DNA from: Hydrolagus affinis
Lineage: Eukaryota
Assembly (NCBI GenBank): GCA_012026655.1
Contig: JAAILG010001296.1
Location: 1-64,000 of the forward strand
DNA: 64,000 nucleotides
Reading direction: 5' to 3'
Below the pieces are notes generated by a model. That model saw only the letters and a program-made list of their open reading frames with translations, had not been told where the DNA came from and did not search any database. Below, piece after piece: positions 51,601 to 64,000 of the stretch; the first letter of the stretch is position 1; each line of letters starts with the position of its first letter. The translations under genes were made by a program, and so were the position numbers.

Positions 51601-51849
51601 AACAGAGCCTGTTTTCATTTTCAAAAATAAAAGAAAACTCCAAATGCAATTTACCAATAATTTTCCTTGTGTGACATTTTCCCTAAAGCGTGATTTCACC
51701 CCGAATCTAGAGGAACTGACAATTCCACAATAATACTAAACCACTCACTTCATGGAATACAACAATAATAATCCATGCGTTTCATATAGTGGCTGCCTTA
51801 CTACCTCTTTGAGACTTCTCAAAGTGCCTCACAGAGTACACTAGTACTT

Positions 51850-52052
51850 ATAGAATCATAAAATGTTATGGCACAGAAGGTAGTCATGTGGCCCATTGTG
51901 CCAGCTCTTTGAAAATCTGTCCAATTAGTCCCACTCCACCACTCTTTCCCCATAGCCTTGCAATTTTTTTTCCTTTCAAAGTATATATCCAACACCCTTC
52001 TGAAAGTTGTTATTGAATCTACCTCCACCAGCATTTCAGGCAGTGCATTCTG
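51850..52052 (-). mobile_element. CR1-like LINE 3' end
   Basis: The minus strand reads NALPEMLVEVDSITTFRRVLDIYF, with a TTCTATGATTCTAT-type terminal repeat. Confidence 0.75.
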
Positions 52053-54505
52053 AAATTGTCCCTTATTTCTGCAAAAGTAGTTCTGCAGAATTATAATTCC
52101 TTTGCTATGAATTGGTAGCACTAGTTAGCATTAGACACATATCCGCTGAAACATCATTAAGCTGTTTCATTACTGTAGTATTGTATGGAACATTTCACAT
52201 GAAAAGACATTTCGAAATACCGTGACCTTTCAAAGCACCATGTGTTTATAACTCATGACATTCAGTCGCTACCACTATAATTGTAACCTCACTCTTGTGC
52301 CATGGATTTGACTGGGGAGAGAAGAAAGATGTGACTCCCTCCATGAGTGTCACCATATGAGAGTGTGGTATGGCTGTGAATGAAACAATCAATTCCCCTT
52401 GATGCAATCAACAAATTCAATTGGCTTTGGAGTCAAAAACCATTGCAAAGATAAAAAGAAGAAGGAAAAAAATGATTTATTTGCACATCACAGAACAAAT
52501 CGAAAGCACTTCGGGGGGAAATGAAATGAAAACTCATCTAAGGTACATCTAGTAGAAGATTCCACATCACATTCTGGCAGAGGTAAAAATGACAAGTTCA
52601 GGGGAAAACGCAGAAAGCACCTCTGTGATCTCAGTAGCTCTGATTTTACCTGTAGGGATCACTTTTTAACAAAAAATTACATTTATATAGTGCCTTTCAC
52701 GTCATAAGCACGTCCCAAAGATACTCCATTAAAATTGCTCAGGAATCATAATATATGAATCTAAATTTTCTCCATCTTGCATCTCACCAGATTGGCTCCA
52801 TCCAAAGGGATTATGTGTTGTACGCAAGCACGTTGTCCAAATCGTGATCATCTCACAAAATTAATGCTTGTTCTAGACATTCTCGATCAATTTCAGCTCC
52901 ACTTGAAACTTGAATAATTCTACTTGTAGGAATAGAATATTTTGCTTCGGTTGTTTCCCTGCAAGCCTCAAGACAGTAACAGTGGCAAACTTTTGCCTTT
53001 TATCATACGTGCACACCTAACTTCTTCTCTCTTGGCAATGTCCAATCAAAACCAATTTTGATCAAATGCCGACTTGTACCTTAGATATTAGCTTAGGATT
53101 CAAGGAGCAAGGAGTCAGACACTCCGTTTCCTTGACAACAGGGCTAAAATCCTTGTGCAGAATTGATTCCTGAGGTGTATCTGATAAACATTCACGTTCA
53201 ACCTAACAGTTTTCACAGGAGTTATGTGTGTTACAATTGAAGGGGTTTCAAAAGAGAGCAAGATTATTTCTATTTCAATTCTCCCTATCAGCCAAAAGAG
53301 TTATACCACAACAGAGAAACACTAGGAGAAAATGTTATAGGTGCAATTCGTTCATTTACAGCAACAATGCATTGCACGGAATTATATTGTTATTATTTGC
53401 CTCCAACGATTGTATGCAATATTTACCAATCTGTGTTGTGCAAGGTAAAACTTGCATTCTCCTGGGAAACCATATTAAGTTTCAACCAAGTTCCGATTTT
53501 AGAACCAAAGTTTGCTGGGCCAATTACAAAAGTGCACAGAAAGTTTCATGTACTCCAGATACTTTCAAGAAGTCTATTAGTTTATCGACGACAAAAGTAC
53601 TTTGAATACGATTGCTGTAAAACACAATTACCTCACCAATTCCATGCCGCAGATATGCACATCTCACTCAGATCCAAACATTCAAAATAATCCCCAGAAT
53701 TATTTGGGTTACCGTTTCCAGCTGCATCTCACTTGGCAACTAGGCTGCATTCATTCTAAGTGACAACAATCTATTTCAGATTGAGTGTTAACGTCTTTTT
53801 CTTCATAGATAAAGAGATAAACATATTTTTACGTGTTTAATTTTAATTAATTTGCTCTTTGTTGTATTTTTTCAATCAGAACCGCCGTTTCTACCACTTC
53901 ACCACTGTTTACAACTCCCGGTGAACATTATTGACAGAGAAATAAGCCTTCAATCTGCATTTCCCTCTTCAAAGGCCCCATTGCTTGCTGCTTAGATTCG
54001 TCTTTTATTTATAAGATAACACAGCGGAATCCCATCAACATAAATTTCAACCAACCACAAATGGGCAATCCAGGCCATAAATGTACGTTTTAATATATAT
54101 AAAACTGTTAGACGAAATGATAGAAAAAAGCAGTAGGCATACTTAAGGGATGACTTTGTTTCCTTTGCTTATTATCCAGTATTGAGTGCAGAATTAATTC
54201 TCTCCCCCTCCGGGAATTCTGCCAAAGGTCGGATGAAAAATATTCCAAGGCTCATTAAGTTTGGACATTCGCTAAGAACTCCGGGAGGCAATTTTCACGC
54301 GAGTGCACAATAATGAGTTTAATAAGTTGACTCCAAGAAAACACACACATATATATTCAGAATACTGCCGAACATGCAGAAAGAATACTGGCAGTTTAAT
54401 AGCTATATAGTAATTTCGCTTTGGGTAATGTGTTGTACAAGCAGAATAGCACTTATTGATCGCTGAAAAGTTTGAATTTCAAAGCACTTTTAAATTCCTC
54501 CTTTT

Positions 54506-54605
54506 NNNNNNNNNNNNNNNNNNNNNNNNNNNNNNNNNNNNNNNNNNNNNNNNNNNNNNNNNNNNNNNNNNNNNNNNNNNNNNNNNNNNNNNNNNNNNNN
54601 NNNNN
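54506..54605. other. Assembly gap (100 N, true size unknown)
   Basis: Run of exactly 100 n. Confidence 0.99.
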
Positions 54606-54779
54606 TGCACCGTAGAGTGAAGCATTAATTCCTCACTTTGAAAACTACCGTGAAGCATAAACCAGAATAGCGCTATCTATATATGTGCTATTGTTGTTGG
54701 AGAGGTGTGGGGGAGGGGGGTCCTTAAGTGAAGCTGAATCTTTCTTTGCATTAAACTGTTACGCGTTGAATCTCTTGCA

Positions 54780-54805
54780 GCTGCTGTCCGCTACTCGGTG
54801 CTGAA
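54780..54805 (-). promoter_or_regulatory. Non-canonical (gapped) REST/NRSF binding element
   Basis: The minus strand reads TTCAGCACC-GAGTAGC-GGACAGCAGC: a perfect left half-site and a strong right half-site with a 7-nt rather than 2-nt spacer. Confidence 0.65.
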
Positions 54806-54865
54806 ATGTGAGCGGTACTTAACAAAAAACCCTGCACAACAACACACACAAGCCAATCCACCTCC

Positions 54866-54918
54866 ACACACACTCACTCACATACACACACACACATTAC
54901 ATACACACACGCGCGCGC
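54866..54918 (+). repeat. Imperfect (CA)n microsatellite ending in (CG)n
   Basis: cacacacactcactcacatacacacacacacattacatacacacacgcgcgcgc. Confidence 0.9.
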
Positions 54919-55241
54919 CTGTAGCCTAATTAAAGTACAAATCGGCGTTACAAGAGAGCATTACATTCCTTCCCGGGTCGATGTCTGGAGAACAGATTGA
55001 GATCGGCGCTCCAAAAGAATCCTCTTCCCCACCTCCCTAGCTTGATCATTTCTCAGGCAGCACAGAATCTGAACAACTGAATGTGTTTCGCAACGCACGG
55101 GAACTTCTCCTAAAAGTGGATAGCTACCAGTCAATAATATCTGTCTCCCCCACCACCATCACCCACCCCTTCAACCTCTCTCTGATCAATACTCACAAGA
55201 ACAAGGGAGATATATTTTACCCTCACCTGCGGTTGTGGAAA

Positions 55242-57812
55242 ATGTTTACTGGATGGAGAAAGGGGACACTAGCCAGGCAAGTGGTGTGTTTTATCGCCGT
55301 ATCCTTCATCGGCGACTTGATTTCTGCCCAGATCCGCTATTCGATTCCCGAAGAGTTGAAACACGGCGCTTTTGTGGGGAACATTGCTGACGATTTGGGT
55401 TTAGATATCCGAAAACTCTCAGCCCGAAGGCTGCGCATCGTTTCCGGGGCTATCAAACAATACCTGGAGGTGAACTTAGGCAACGGCATCTTGTTTGTCA
55501 ATGAAAAGATAGACAGGGAACTATTGTGTGGCGAAGGAATTACCTGCTTTCTGCACCTGGAGGTGATCATCGAAAATCCGCTGGAGCTTTACCGAATCGA
55601 GGTGGAGATTCTGGATGTGAATGACAATTCCCCGGTCTTCTTGAGGAAGGAGCTCGAGTTGGAGATCATAGAGTCGGCTGCGCTCGGCACTCGCTTCCCC
55701 CTGGAGAGTGCGCACGATCCAGATGTTGGCAGCAACTCCGTCCGCACCTACCGACTCAGCCCCAATGAACACTTCATCCTGGATGTAGAGACGCGCAGCG
55801 ATCGTAGCAAATTCGCCGAACTGGTGCTGGAGAAACCGCTGGATAGGGAACAACAGCGCAGTCACCACCTGATCCTGACCGCCATTGACGGGGGGGTCCC
55901 GGTGAAGTCTGGCACGGCTCTGGTCAGCATTCTGGTCCTGGACGCTAATGACAACGTGCCTGTCTTCGAGCAGTCCGTTTACAAAGTTAGCTTGTTAGAA
56001 AACACGCCCAAAGGCACACGAGTCGTGAAACTCAGCGCCAGTGATTTGGACGAAGGCTCCAACAGCGAAATAGTGTATTCCTTCAGTAGTCATACTCCGC
56101 CTAGTGTCCACCAACTGTTCAGTGTGGATCCCAATACGGGTGAAATTAGAGTCAATGGTATTGTTGACTACGAGGAAGCATCTGTTTATGAGATTTATGT
56201 GCAAGCCAAGGATAAGGGCGGCCCATATGCAATCCCCGTCCATTGCAAGGTCCTAGTGGAGGTAATTGATGCCAATGATAATGCCCCAGAAGTGGTATTG
56301 ACCTCGCTGTCCAGCCCAGTCCAGGAAGATGCTACACCCGGAACTGTGATCGCTCTCATTAGCGTTACAGACCAAGACTCTGGTAAAAATGGCCAAACAA
56401 ATTGTAGGATAGGCCAGAACCTTCCATTCAGACTCCAAACCTCCTTCAAGAACTATTACACTCTCGTGACCGCCGATACTCTAGACCGAGAGCGTGTCTC
56501 TGAGTACAATATCACAATTACAGCCACTGACATGGGAACTCCTTCTCTGTCCACCCAAAAATCTATAGTCCTTAAGGTCTCAGATGTGAATGACAATGCA
56601 CCAACATTCTCCAAACCTTCCTACACAGTTTATATCATGGAAAATAACGCTCCCGGAGCCGCCGTTTGCTCTGTATCTGCACTTGACCCCGATTTGAATC
56701 AGAACTCCTACTTGTCCTATTCCATCCTAGATAAATCCATCCAGGGGTTGTCGTCCAGAACCTACGTGTCCATTAACTCCGATAACGGCAATATTTACGC
56801 GTTAAGGTCCTTCGACTACGAGCAACTCAAAGGGTTTCAGATCGAGATCCAAGCCCAAGATGCCGGGTTCCCACCACTCAGTGGCAAAGCGCATGTCAAC
56901 GTCATTATATTGGACCAGAACGACAACGCTCCGGTCATCTTGTCCCCACAACCCAACAATGGTTCCGCAGCGTTAGAGACGATCCATCGGTCTGTAGAGC
57001 CAGGTCACTTGCTGACCAAAGTCAACGCCGCGGATGCCGATTCGGGCAAGAATGCACGGCTGTGTTATCAGTTGCTCCAAGCCACCGATTCGACGCTGAT
57101 TAACGTGGCGCTGTACACTGGAGAGGTTAGGACAACCAGGCGCTTTGGGGACAATGAGGCCCGCAAGCAAACGTTGCTGATCCTCGTGAAGGACAACGGA
57201 CAACCTCCGCTTTCAGCCTCCGTTACCATTATCCTTTCAATCGTGGACAGTATCACGGAGCCTATGCCTGATGAGGTCGCTGACTTGTCTACCAAAGCAG
57301 AGCACACGTCCGACCTCACGTTCTACTTAATTGTCACCCTGGGGTCCATTTCGTTCGTCTTTCTGCTGGCCATCATTATCGTGGCTGCCACCAAGTGCCA
57401 CCAATGCAGAAATAATGTCCACGATTACAGCTGTCCCTTGGGACATTGCCCATGTCTCCAGCGAGTTAATTCGACTGATGTCTTGAAAACATCGAAACTC
57501 AACCTTCAAGTGACCACCAACTCCAAGGTGCCCCCTGAGTTTCTGGAGGTTGGAGGGAGTGGTCACCTCCCTTGTACCTACTATTACAAGGTGTGCCTGA
57601 CTCCTGAATCCGCCAAGAGCGATTTTACTTTTCTCAAACCATTCAGTCCTGCAACCCCGAGCGACAACAACAGGAAAAATATCGACCCACAGGAGACGCC
57701 CTGGCAGAAACAGGCCACAAAACCTCTCAACAATTACCTGTCACCCACGAAGATCAACCGCAAAGCTATTGAATCTCGCAGGGTAGAGTCGAGTAGGCCT
57801 CCATCCCACCAG
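55242..57812 (+). CDS. cPcdh variable exon B1 (857 codons), C-type-like, first exon after the constant region and gap
   Basis: First in-frame ATG at 55242 ([20 protein letters not shown]), QIRYSIPEE, six EC repeats, TM and [21 protein letters not shown]. Donor CAG|GTGAGA, phase 0. Confidence 0.95.
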
Positions 57813-58495
57813 GTGAGACCTGAGCTCACTTGTGATTTTGTTTACTTAGAAGATTTTTTATTTTAATTATTCATTTCCATGTAGTTTACATGTTAAACGT
57901 ACCTCTGCAAATCTTCCTGATTGCATTACCATGAGCCGAACTTTTTGACTTGCCTTTGGGTGCATTCATAACCTCTGCTTTATACATTATGCATACCTAA
58001 TGTTAATCGCTAAGATGATGTTTAATTAATCCTTGGAGTACCAGATTTCACTTGAATTGATAAGACATCTGGGTTTGCTTCCACTATCTATCATTTTTAA
58101 TGATATAAAGTGAAATACTCTACCATTTAAGCATAACAGAGGTGGAAGAGGGTAAATTGAAGAATTGCAATCTGCAATCGATATCATTTTGAATGTGTAC
58201 AATATGTAGTCTTTTTAAAGAGCTTGGTTCAATGTGTTTGATTGGACCGTCTGCTATTTTTAGATGGCGAATTCTTCCCATGACATTTTAACATGAGAAA
58301 TCCGATTGTCCTAATGAGTTGTCTCCTTGCAAATAGTGAATCGACGTAAGGCAGTGCGTTGAGCTGCTGTTCTTCTGATAGAGAATAAGAAATAATGAAA
58401 TCAGATCGTTCGACGCTACAGGATAATTTGGAATGTGTAGTGCAGCACAGGTATCAAAGTAGGGTTTCACAGATGCCAGCACGGGTTGGAGAAGT

Positions 58496-58700
58496 AAAAG
58501 CAGACATGGCTGGGAACACTCAGCAGGCCAGGCCGCATCTATGGAGAGAGGAAAGCGAGTCAATGTTTTGGATCCACGACCCTTGGTTCTGACATTGACT
58601 CACTTTCCCTCTCTCCATGGATGCTGCTTGACCTGCTGAATGTGTCCACGGATTTCTGTTTTTGTTTCAGACTTCCAGTACTGTACCTGCAGTATTTCGC
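58496..58700. mobile_element. Second Penelope-like palindromic element, centre deleted
   Basis: Arms CTCAGCAGG..GCATCTATGGAGAGAGGAAAG.GAGTCAATGT and ACATTGACTCACTTTCCCTCTCTCCATGGATGCTGCTTGACCTGCTGA match the 33.3-kb element. A more decayed copy lies near 41995-42190. Confidence 0.7.
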
Positions 58701-61157
58701 GTTGCGTTGCAGGAGTGTTAGGTAAGGAGTAGAAACAGCGCGCCGAATAGTGGCAGAGTTAGGGAATTTTACAAGGAATGAAATAAAAACTGCGCCTCCA
58801 ATAAATCTTAAACTATGATAATTCTACTAATTCGAGATATTCAAACGACGTGAGTACAGCATTCATCATGTGGAATTAGTGTGTGTCAACTGCGCTGAAA
58901 GTGTAGTGACGATTCTGTATATTTAAGCAAATATCTTCTCCGTATGTATCCACGCTATTTAATAAATTGCGACATACGTCAGCTCCAAGATATAGTTTTC
59001 AGACACATTAATGATTAAAATAATTGGTCATTTGAGCATTAAATGTGAAACTTTTCAGTGGAAACAGTAGAAACGCAAAACAACACAATCCATTATATCG
59101 GTAAAACAAATATCCGAACTTTCCAAGTGTAATTGATCCCAGATACAATTTCAGCAAGTTACATAACACTGGATAATAATAATAATGTACACGGACTACA
59201 TATCATTCACTCTGGCATATCTACGGTGTCACGCAGGCTCCGAAATTCTGTGCTGTGGATTTGGGCCGAATAGCTTGTGAATAAACTCTGCACCTGATCA
59301 AGGTTTCAACGATGAAGGGGTGGAATTGGAATTGACCTCAAAACGGATTGCATAGTTTGGGATTGTTTTGATAGAAAAATACATAACAACTAAAGAGAAG
59401 TCCAGGGTTTTTATGATATACCTTAATACAACAATTAGTAACAACACATGTATATTAATATGGCGCGTTTCGAGGTTGGAACACCTGTCAATGAGATGGG
59501 GCAAGGCGTCCCCAATAGATTCCAGGCAGATGGATCTATTGGAATGTATATTGACATACACCACAGAACGTGATTTAATGTTCAGTGAGAAGGTATCTAA
59601 TTTCCGCAAGGACAGAATGTTTATTTAGCACTTTTTATGTACCAGTGATATTCTGAATCTACATAAAACATCCCAACATTTTAGAATCTCAGGCGGTGTC
59701 TGTTTTTATCAGACAGGACTATGTAGTATTGCAATATTTCGGTGATTAAGATAAATTTGTGCATTCAAGTGTCGTGATTCTGCTGGAAAGGGCGCTTCTC
59801 GGCATACAATCTATTTTGGAAATAAAAGTAATAATGAAAAAAAAGTACGCCTCTAGATGTAATAGTGCGCCTTGGTAATGATTATATCACAGCACAAACT
59901 TGTGTTGTTGGTTTTTCATGGCTAATTTGTTTAAGAGAGTGCTGGATATTACAATGCCACATACTATATGTTTAATGGTCGTATTGCGAACGGGTCCCAG
60001 CTGGTGGGAATATTTACTATTCAATTTCTGACGAATTAGATCTCACTAGCCTGGCTTATAATATTGCAAACTATTTCGGGTTAGATTTTTATACAGTTTT
60101 CTGCTCGTAGCTGTCTAATTATATCTGAGTCTAGGTGGGAATAATTTTGTGCAAATATAAAAAATAGTAAATTAAAATAATTTGGAACAACTTCACTGAC
60201 AGAACGTAGCGTGCCGAATCAACCTTCCAACCTTCCACTGACTTTAAAATACACTGATGCGATTAAACTTGATGACGGAATCAGGTCACATTAACCGTGA
60301 AACAATTGCACCAATAAAAATACGAGAAGCCAATCAACAAGTATTTATCTGTCTTCCTTTTAATCATCCCAATCCATTCTTAAGCTTCTGGTGTATCCGT
60401 TGTGTGAAGATGTGTGTATTACTTCATCTCGCTTTAATATTAATGCATTGTCCTATAATTTGGGATCCCTCGGTTGAAATGAAGAGTCGTCAATAGTTGA
60501 CTTGTCTATCTCTCTTTATTTGAAGAAAAAACTTCAATACGACTATCCTATCCTGATCAACTATTCTAGGCAGTATATGGGGAGGGAGTGTGGATGGGAG
60601 GGGGATGGGGGGATATCTGACAGTAGAAGAGGGGGGCATTGTACATGGGCCTCTGGCAAGGTCTGTGGCCGTGAAGGGTATGTGTGTGTGTTTGTTTTGG
60701 GTGGGGGTGGGTGGGTCTATGTCTATTATTCTATTCTATTGTATTCTATTCAACTCTAGGAAACTTATTCCACCAATAACTAACATTTATTCACAGCAAG
60801 TTTCAACAGTGGGGGGAGGGGGGAGGGGCTGTGGTGGGTGGGGGGGTCGGGGGAATCTACTGTTGTCAACCTTCCCAAGCCAGTGAGCAACCTTTTAAGG
60901 TTGGGGAGTTCAAAACCAGACACAGTGCTACAAGTGAAACTCCACATAACTTTAACATCACATCTTTGCTTTTGTATTTCTGACTACATCCCGAAAATGA
61001 CCGCCCAGTCATTTTGACTGCGCCATATGTTGGATAGCTAACGTAAGGAAATTAATAATTAATAGCCAGATGAATTCAGTCAATTTGCACAACATTAAAT
61101 GTAAATAGTAATATGCCATTCAGCAGCGGCAGTATTGCTTTAAGAACGGTTGATTTG

Positions 61158-61194
61158 ATTATTGGTCAATCGCTTTGTGTCACTGACGACCAAT
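61158..61194 (+). promoter_or_regulatory. Divergent Pcdh promoter CSE plus CCAAT
   Basis: ATTGG..TCGCTTTGTGTCACT-GACGA-CCAAT, about 315 bp before the ATG at 61491. The CGCT box reads CACT. Confidence 0.7.
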
Positions 61195-61490
61195 CAGGTG
61201 AAGAAATGTATTCCGCGATCCCTTAACACGCCCCCTTCCCATCGCCAACCTCTGCGCAGAATCAGTGCTCATTATTATTCCAGGTTTTCCATTCAACTCG
61301 GAGGATGGGCCTCAAATACTCTAAGGAGATTTGTACAATTACTTCTGGGCATTATGACCAACACAGGCCGGCCTTTCACTCAGAAGGCGTCTATTCTGGA
61401 AGCGGGAGGTAACGAATCACAATATTATTTGATACATGAGTAATTATCGCGCCCCTCTATCAGCGCTTCTCGTGAGGCTTTGTTGCAGAA

Positions 61491-63965
61491 ATGGCTTGTT
61501 GGATGGATCATGGGGTGTCACGCTGGCAAGCCCTGTATTTTATTCTGATCTACGTTTCGGATTGTGTTTGCGGAGACATCCGTTACTCGATTCCCGAAGA
61601 GTTAGACCGTGGGGCCTTTGTGGGAAATGTCGCCAAAGATTTGGGATTGAACGTGAAACGGCTGGGCGCCCGCAAGTTCCGGATTGTGGCCGATCACGGG
61701 AAACAATACCTGGATGTGGATGGACAAGGGGGGACATTGTTCGTTGATGAGAGAATCGACAGGGAGCGGCTGTGTGAACAAAGCCTGGCTAAGTGCGTGT
61801 TGGAGATGGAGGCTGTGGTTGAAAATCCCCTCCATCTGTACCGTATTGAGGTTGAGATTGTGGACGTGAACGACAACTCACCGGCGTTTCAAGGCAGCGA
61901 GTTTCGCTTAGAAATCTCGGAGACGGCTGCCCCGGGAGCTCGCTTTCGGCTCCAGAAAGCGCACGACCCCGACTCGGGTACCAACAGCGTCCGCTCCTAT
62001 CACCTGAGCGACAATGATCACTTCTATTTGGAACTACAGACTGAGAGCGAACAGGGAGTCATCCCGGAGTTAGTCCTTCAACGGCCGTTGGACCGAGAGG
62101 AACAGCCGACTCATCAATTAACTCTGACTGCAGTTGATGGCGGGATCCCAGAAAGATCCGGAAGCACCCGTATAGTTATCAACGTCTTTGATGCCAATGA
62201 TAACTCGCCCGTTTTCGTTCAGGACGTCTATCAGGTCACCACCACCGAAAACGTGCCCAAAGGTTATTTGATAGTGAAAGTGAATGCGATAGACGTGGAC
62301 GAAGGTTCGAACGGTCAGGTAATCTATTCCTTTGGCGACTACACGCCGGACAGAGTGCGCAAACTGTTTCACTTGGACTCTCAAGCCGGGGAGATCACTG
62401 TAACTGGCGCGTTAGACTTTGAACAAGCCGAGGAGTATGATATTTCAGTACAAGCTAAAGACATGGGTCTATTTCCGGAGCCAGTGTACTGCAAAGTTCT
62501 AGTGAAGGTCACGGATGTTAATGATAACAGCCCAGAAATATCGCTAACCTCGCTTTCAGGTCCCATCCAAGAGGACGCGGCCGTGGGAACGGTGGTGGCT
62601 CTTTTTAAAGCAACGGACAGGGATTCTGAAGAGAGAGGGAACGTTTATTGTCACATTAGCCCAAACATCCCCTTTAAGCTGGAAAGCTCATTTAATAACT
62701 ATTACACGGTGGTGCTGAATGGTCCGCTTGATCGGGAGCAAGTGGCCGACTACAATGTGACCATGACATGCAGGGATGGCGGATCGCCTCCCCTCTCCGC
62801 CAACCAAACCATCGCGGTTCAGGTCTCGGATACAAACGATAACGCGCCACGCTTTACGCAGCCAGCGTTCACCGTGTACTTAATGGAGAATAACGCCGTG
62901 GATACGTCCATTGGCTCTGTCTCCGCTTTCGACCCAGATTTCAGCGAGAATGGCAGGCTGCGGTACTTTATTCTGGACAATACCATCCAGGAAATGCCTG
63001 TCTCCACACTCCTCCTCCTCCATCCGGACAGTGGAGTCCTGTCAGCGCAACGCTCCTTTGACTACGAGCGCCTCAAGACTTTTGCCGTCAACGTGGGAGT
63101 CAGCGATGGCGGGTCGCCTGCTCTCAGTAGTAACGCCACTGTGAATGTGGTCATCGTGGATCGGAATGACAATATCCCTGTCATCGTATCACCCCCTTCG
63201 AGTCCCCAATTCCCAGCAGAGGAGACGATGCCTTGGTCCTCTGATCCCGGTTATCTAGTTACCAAGGTTACAGCCACAGACGCCGATTCGGCGGAAAACG
63301 CCCTACTCACCTACCTGCTTCTTCACCCAACCGACACAAGCCTCTTCACTGTGGCTCCACAGACGGGAGAAATCTGGACCATCCGGAATTTGGCCAACAA
63401 AGACTCTCTCCAGCAGAAACTCGTGGTCCGTGTAAGGGACGACGGAAAGCCACCCTTATCATCTACAGTCACCATCAACGTGGCGGTGCTGACTGGTGGA
63501 ACCGTACATCTATCTGATGCCACCGCGTTGGGAAACCCGGGACTCTGGACCACTAATTTAAGATTTTATTTAATCATATCGTTTGGCACAATCTCACTTA
63601 TTTTTCTGGTGGTTATAATTATCCTCGGGGTTAAGGTGCACAGGGGTAGGAGTGGTGATGGCGATTGCACCAGTTGTTTTTTGGGCGCCTTACTCTGCTG
63701 CGAGCGGGGAAATTCGCCGCACGGAATTCAAAAGGCTAGTGTAAATATTCAAAGGCAACCAAATTACCCAGAGGTTTACGAGAGCGAGGCTTTTACTCAA
63801 ACATTACGCTACGGTGTGTGTCCAACTTTAGATTTGCCCATGAATGATTTAATGTTTCTGAAGTTGTACGGGTCAGCTGCCCCCACGATCAATGTCAAAA
63901 CGGGAACTTGTATGGCGAGTGACACTGGGAAGGCATCAAATTCTGCAGCCACTGATTTCCTTGAG
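61491..63965 (+). CDS. cPcdh variable exon B2 (825 codons)
   Basis: Signal peptide, DIRYSIPEE, six EC repeats and TM FYLIISFGTISLIFLVVIIILGV. Donor GAG|GTGAGA, phase 0. Confidence 0.96.
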
Positions 63966-64000
63966 GTGAGACCAGAGATATAAAAATAAGTGTAATGTTT

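Noticed and set aside
45632-54505. HS5-1-like reverse-oriented CTCF sites downstream of the constant region
   Set aside because: No convincing match was found by eye. A PWM scan is needed, and such sites could lie in the gap.

Overview
Vertebrate genomic DNA, most likely from a cartilaginous fish (inferred from the repeat content and protocadherin architecture, not database-verified), covering part of a clustered protocadherin (cPcdh) locus on the + strand. It holds the last five single-exon variable regions of one subcluster (the first truncated by the window edge). Each complete one encodes a signal peptide, six cadherin repeats, a TM helix and a variable cytoplasmic domain, ends at a phase-0 GT donor, and is preceded by a conserved CSE/CTCF + CCAAT promoter cassette. 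Three shared constant exons follow (21523-21581, 22032-22117, 45354-45631; 140 aa), mixing alpha-like and gamma-like features. After a 100-N assembly gap come two variable exons of a following subcluster whose constant exons lie outside the window. Non-coding DNA carries tRNA-headed Deu-type SINEs, L2 and CR1 fragments, an LF-SINE-like relic and Penelope-like palindromes. The main leads are: (1) a frame-preserving 6-nt microexon and candidate truncating exons in the 23-kb constant-region intron; (2) a gapped REST/NRSE site in the promoter of the one variable exon lacking a clear CSE; (3) a palindrome with back-to-back degenerate hammerhead cores; (4) EC3 loop-length variation and an extra EC4 cysteine among isoforms.
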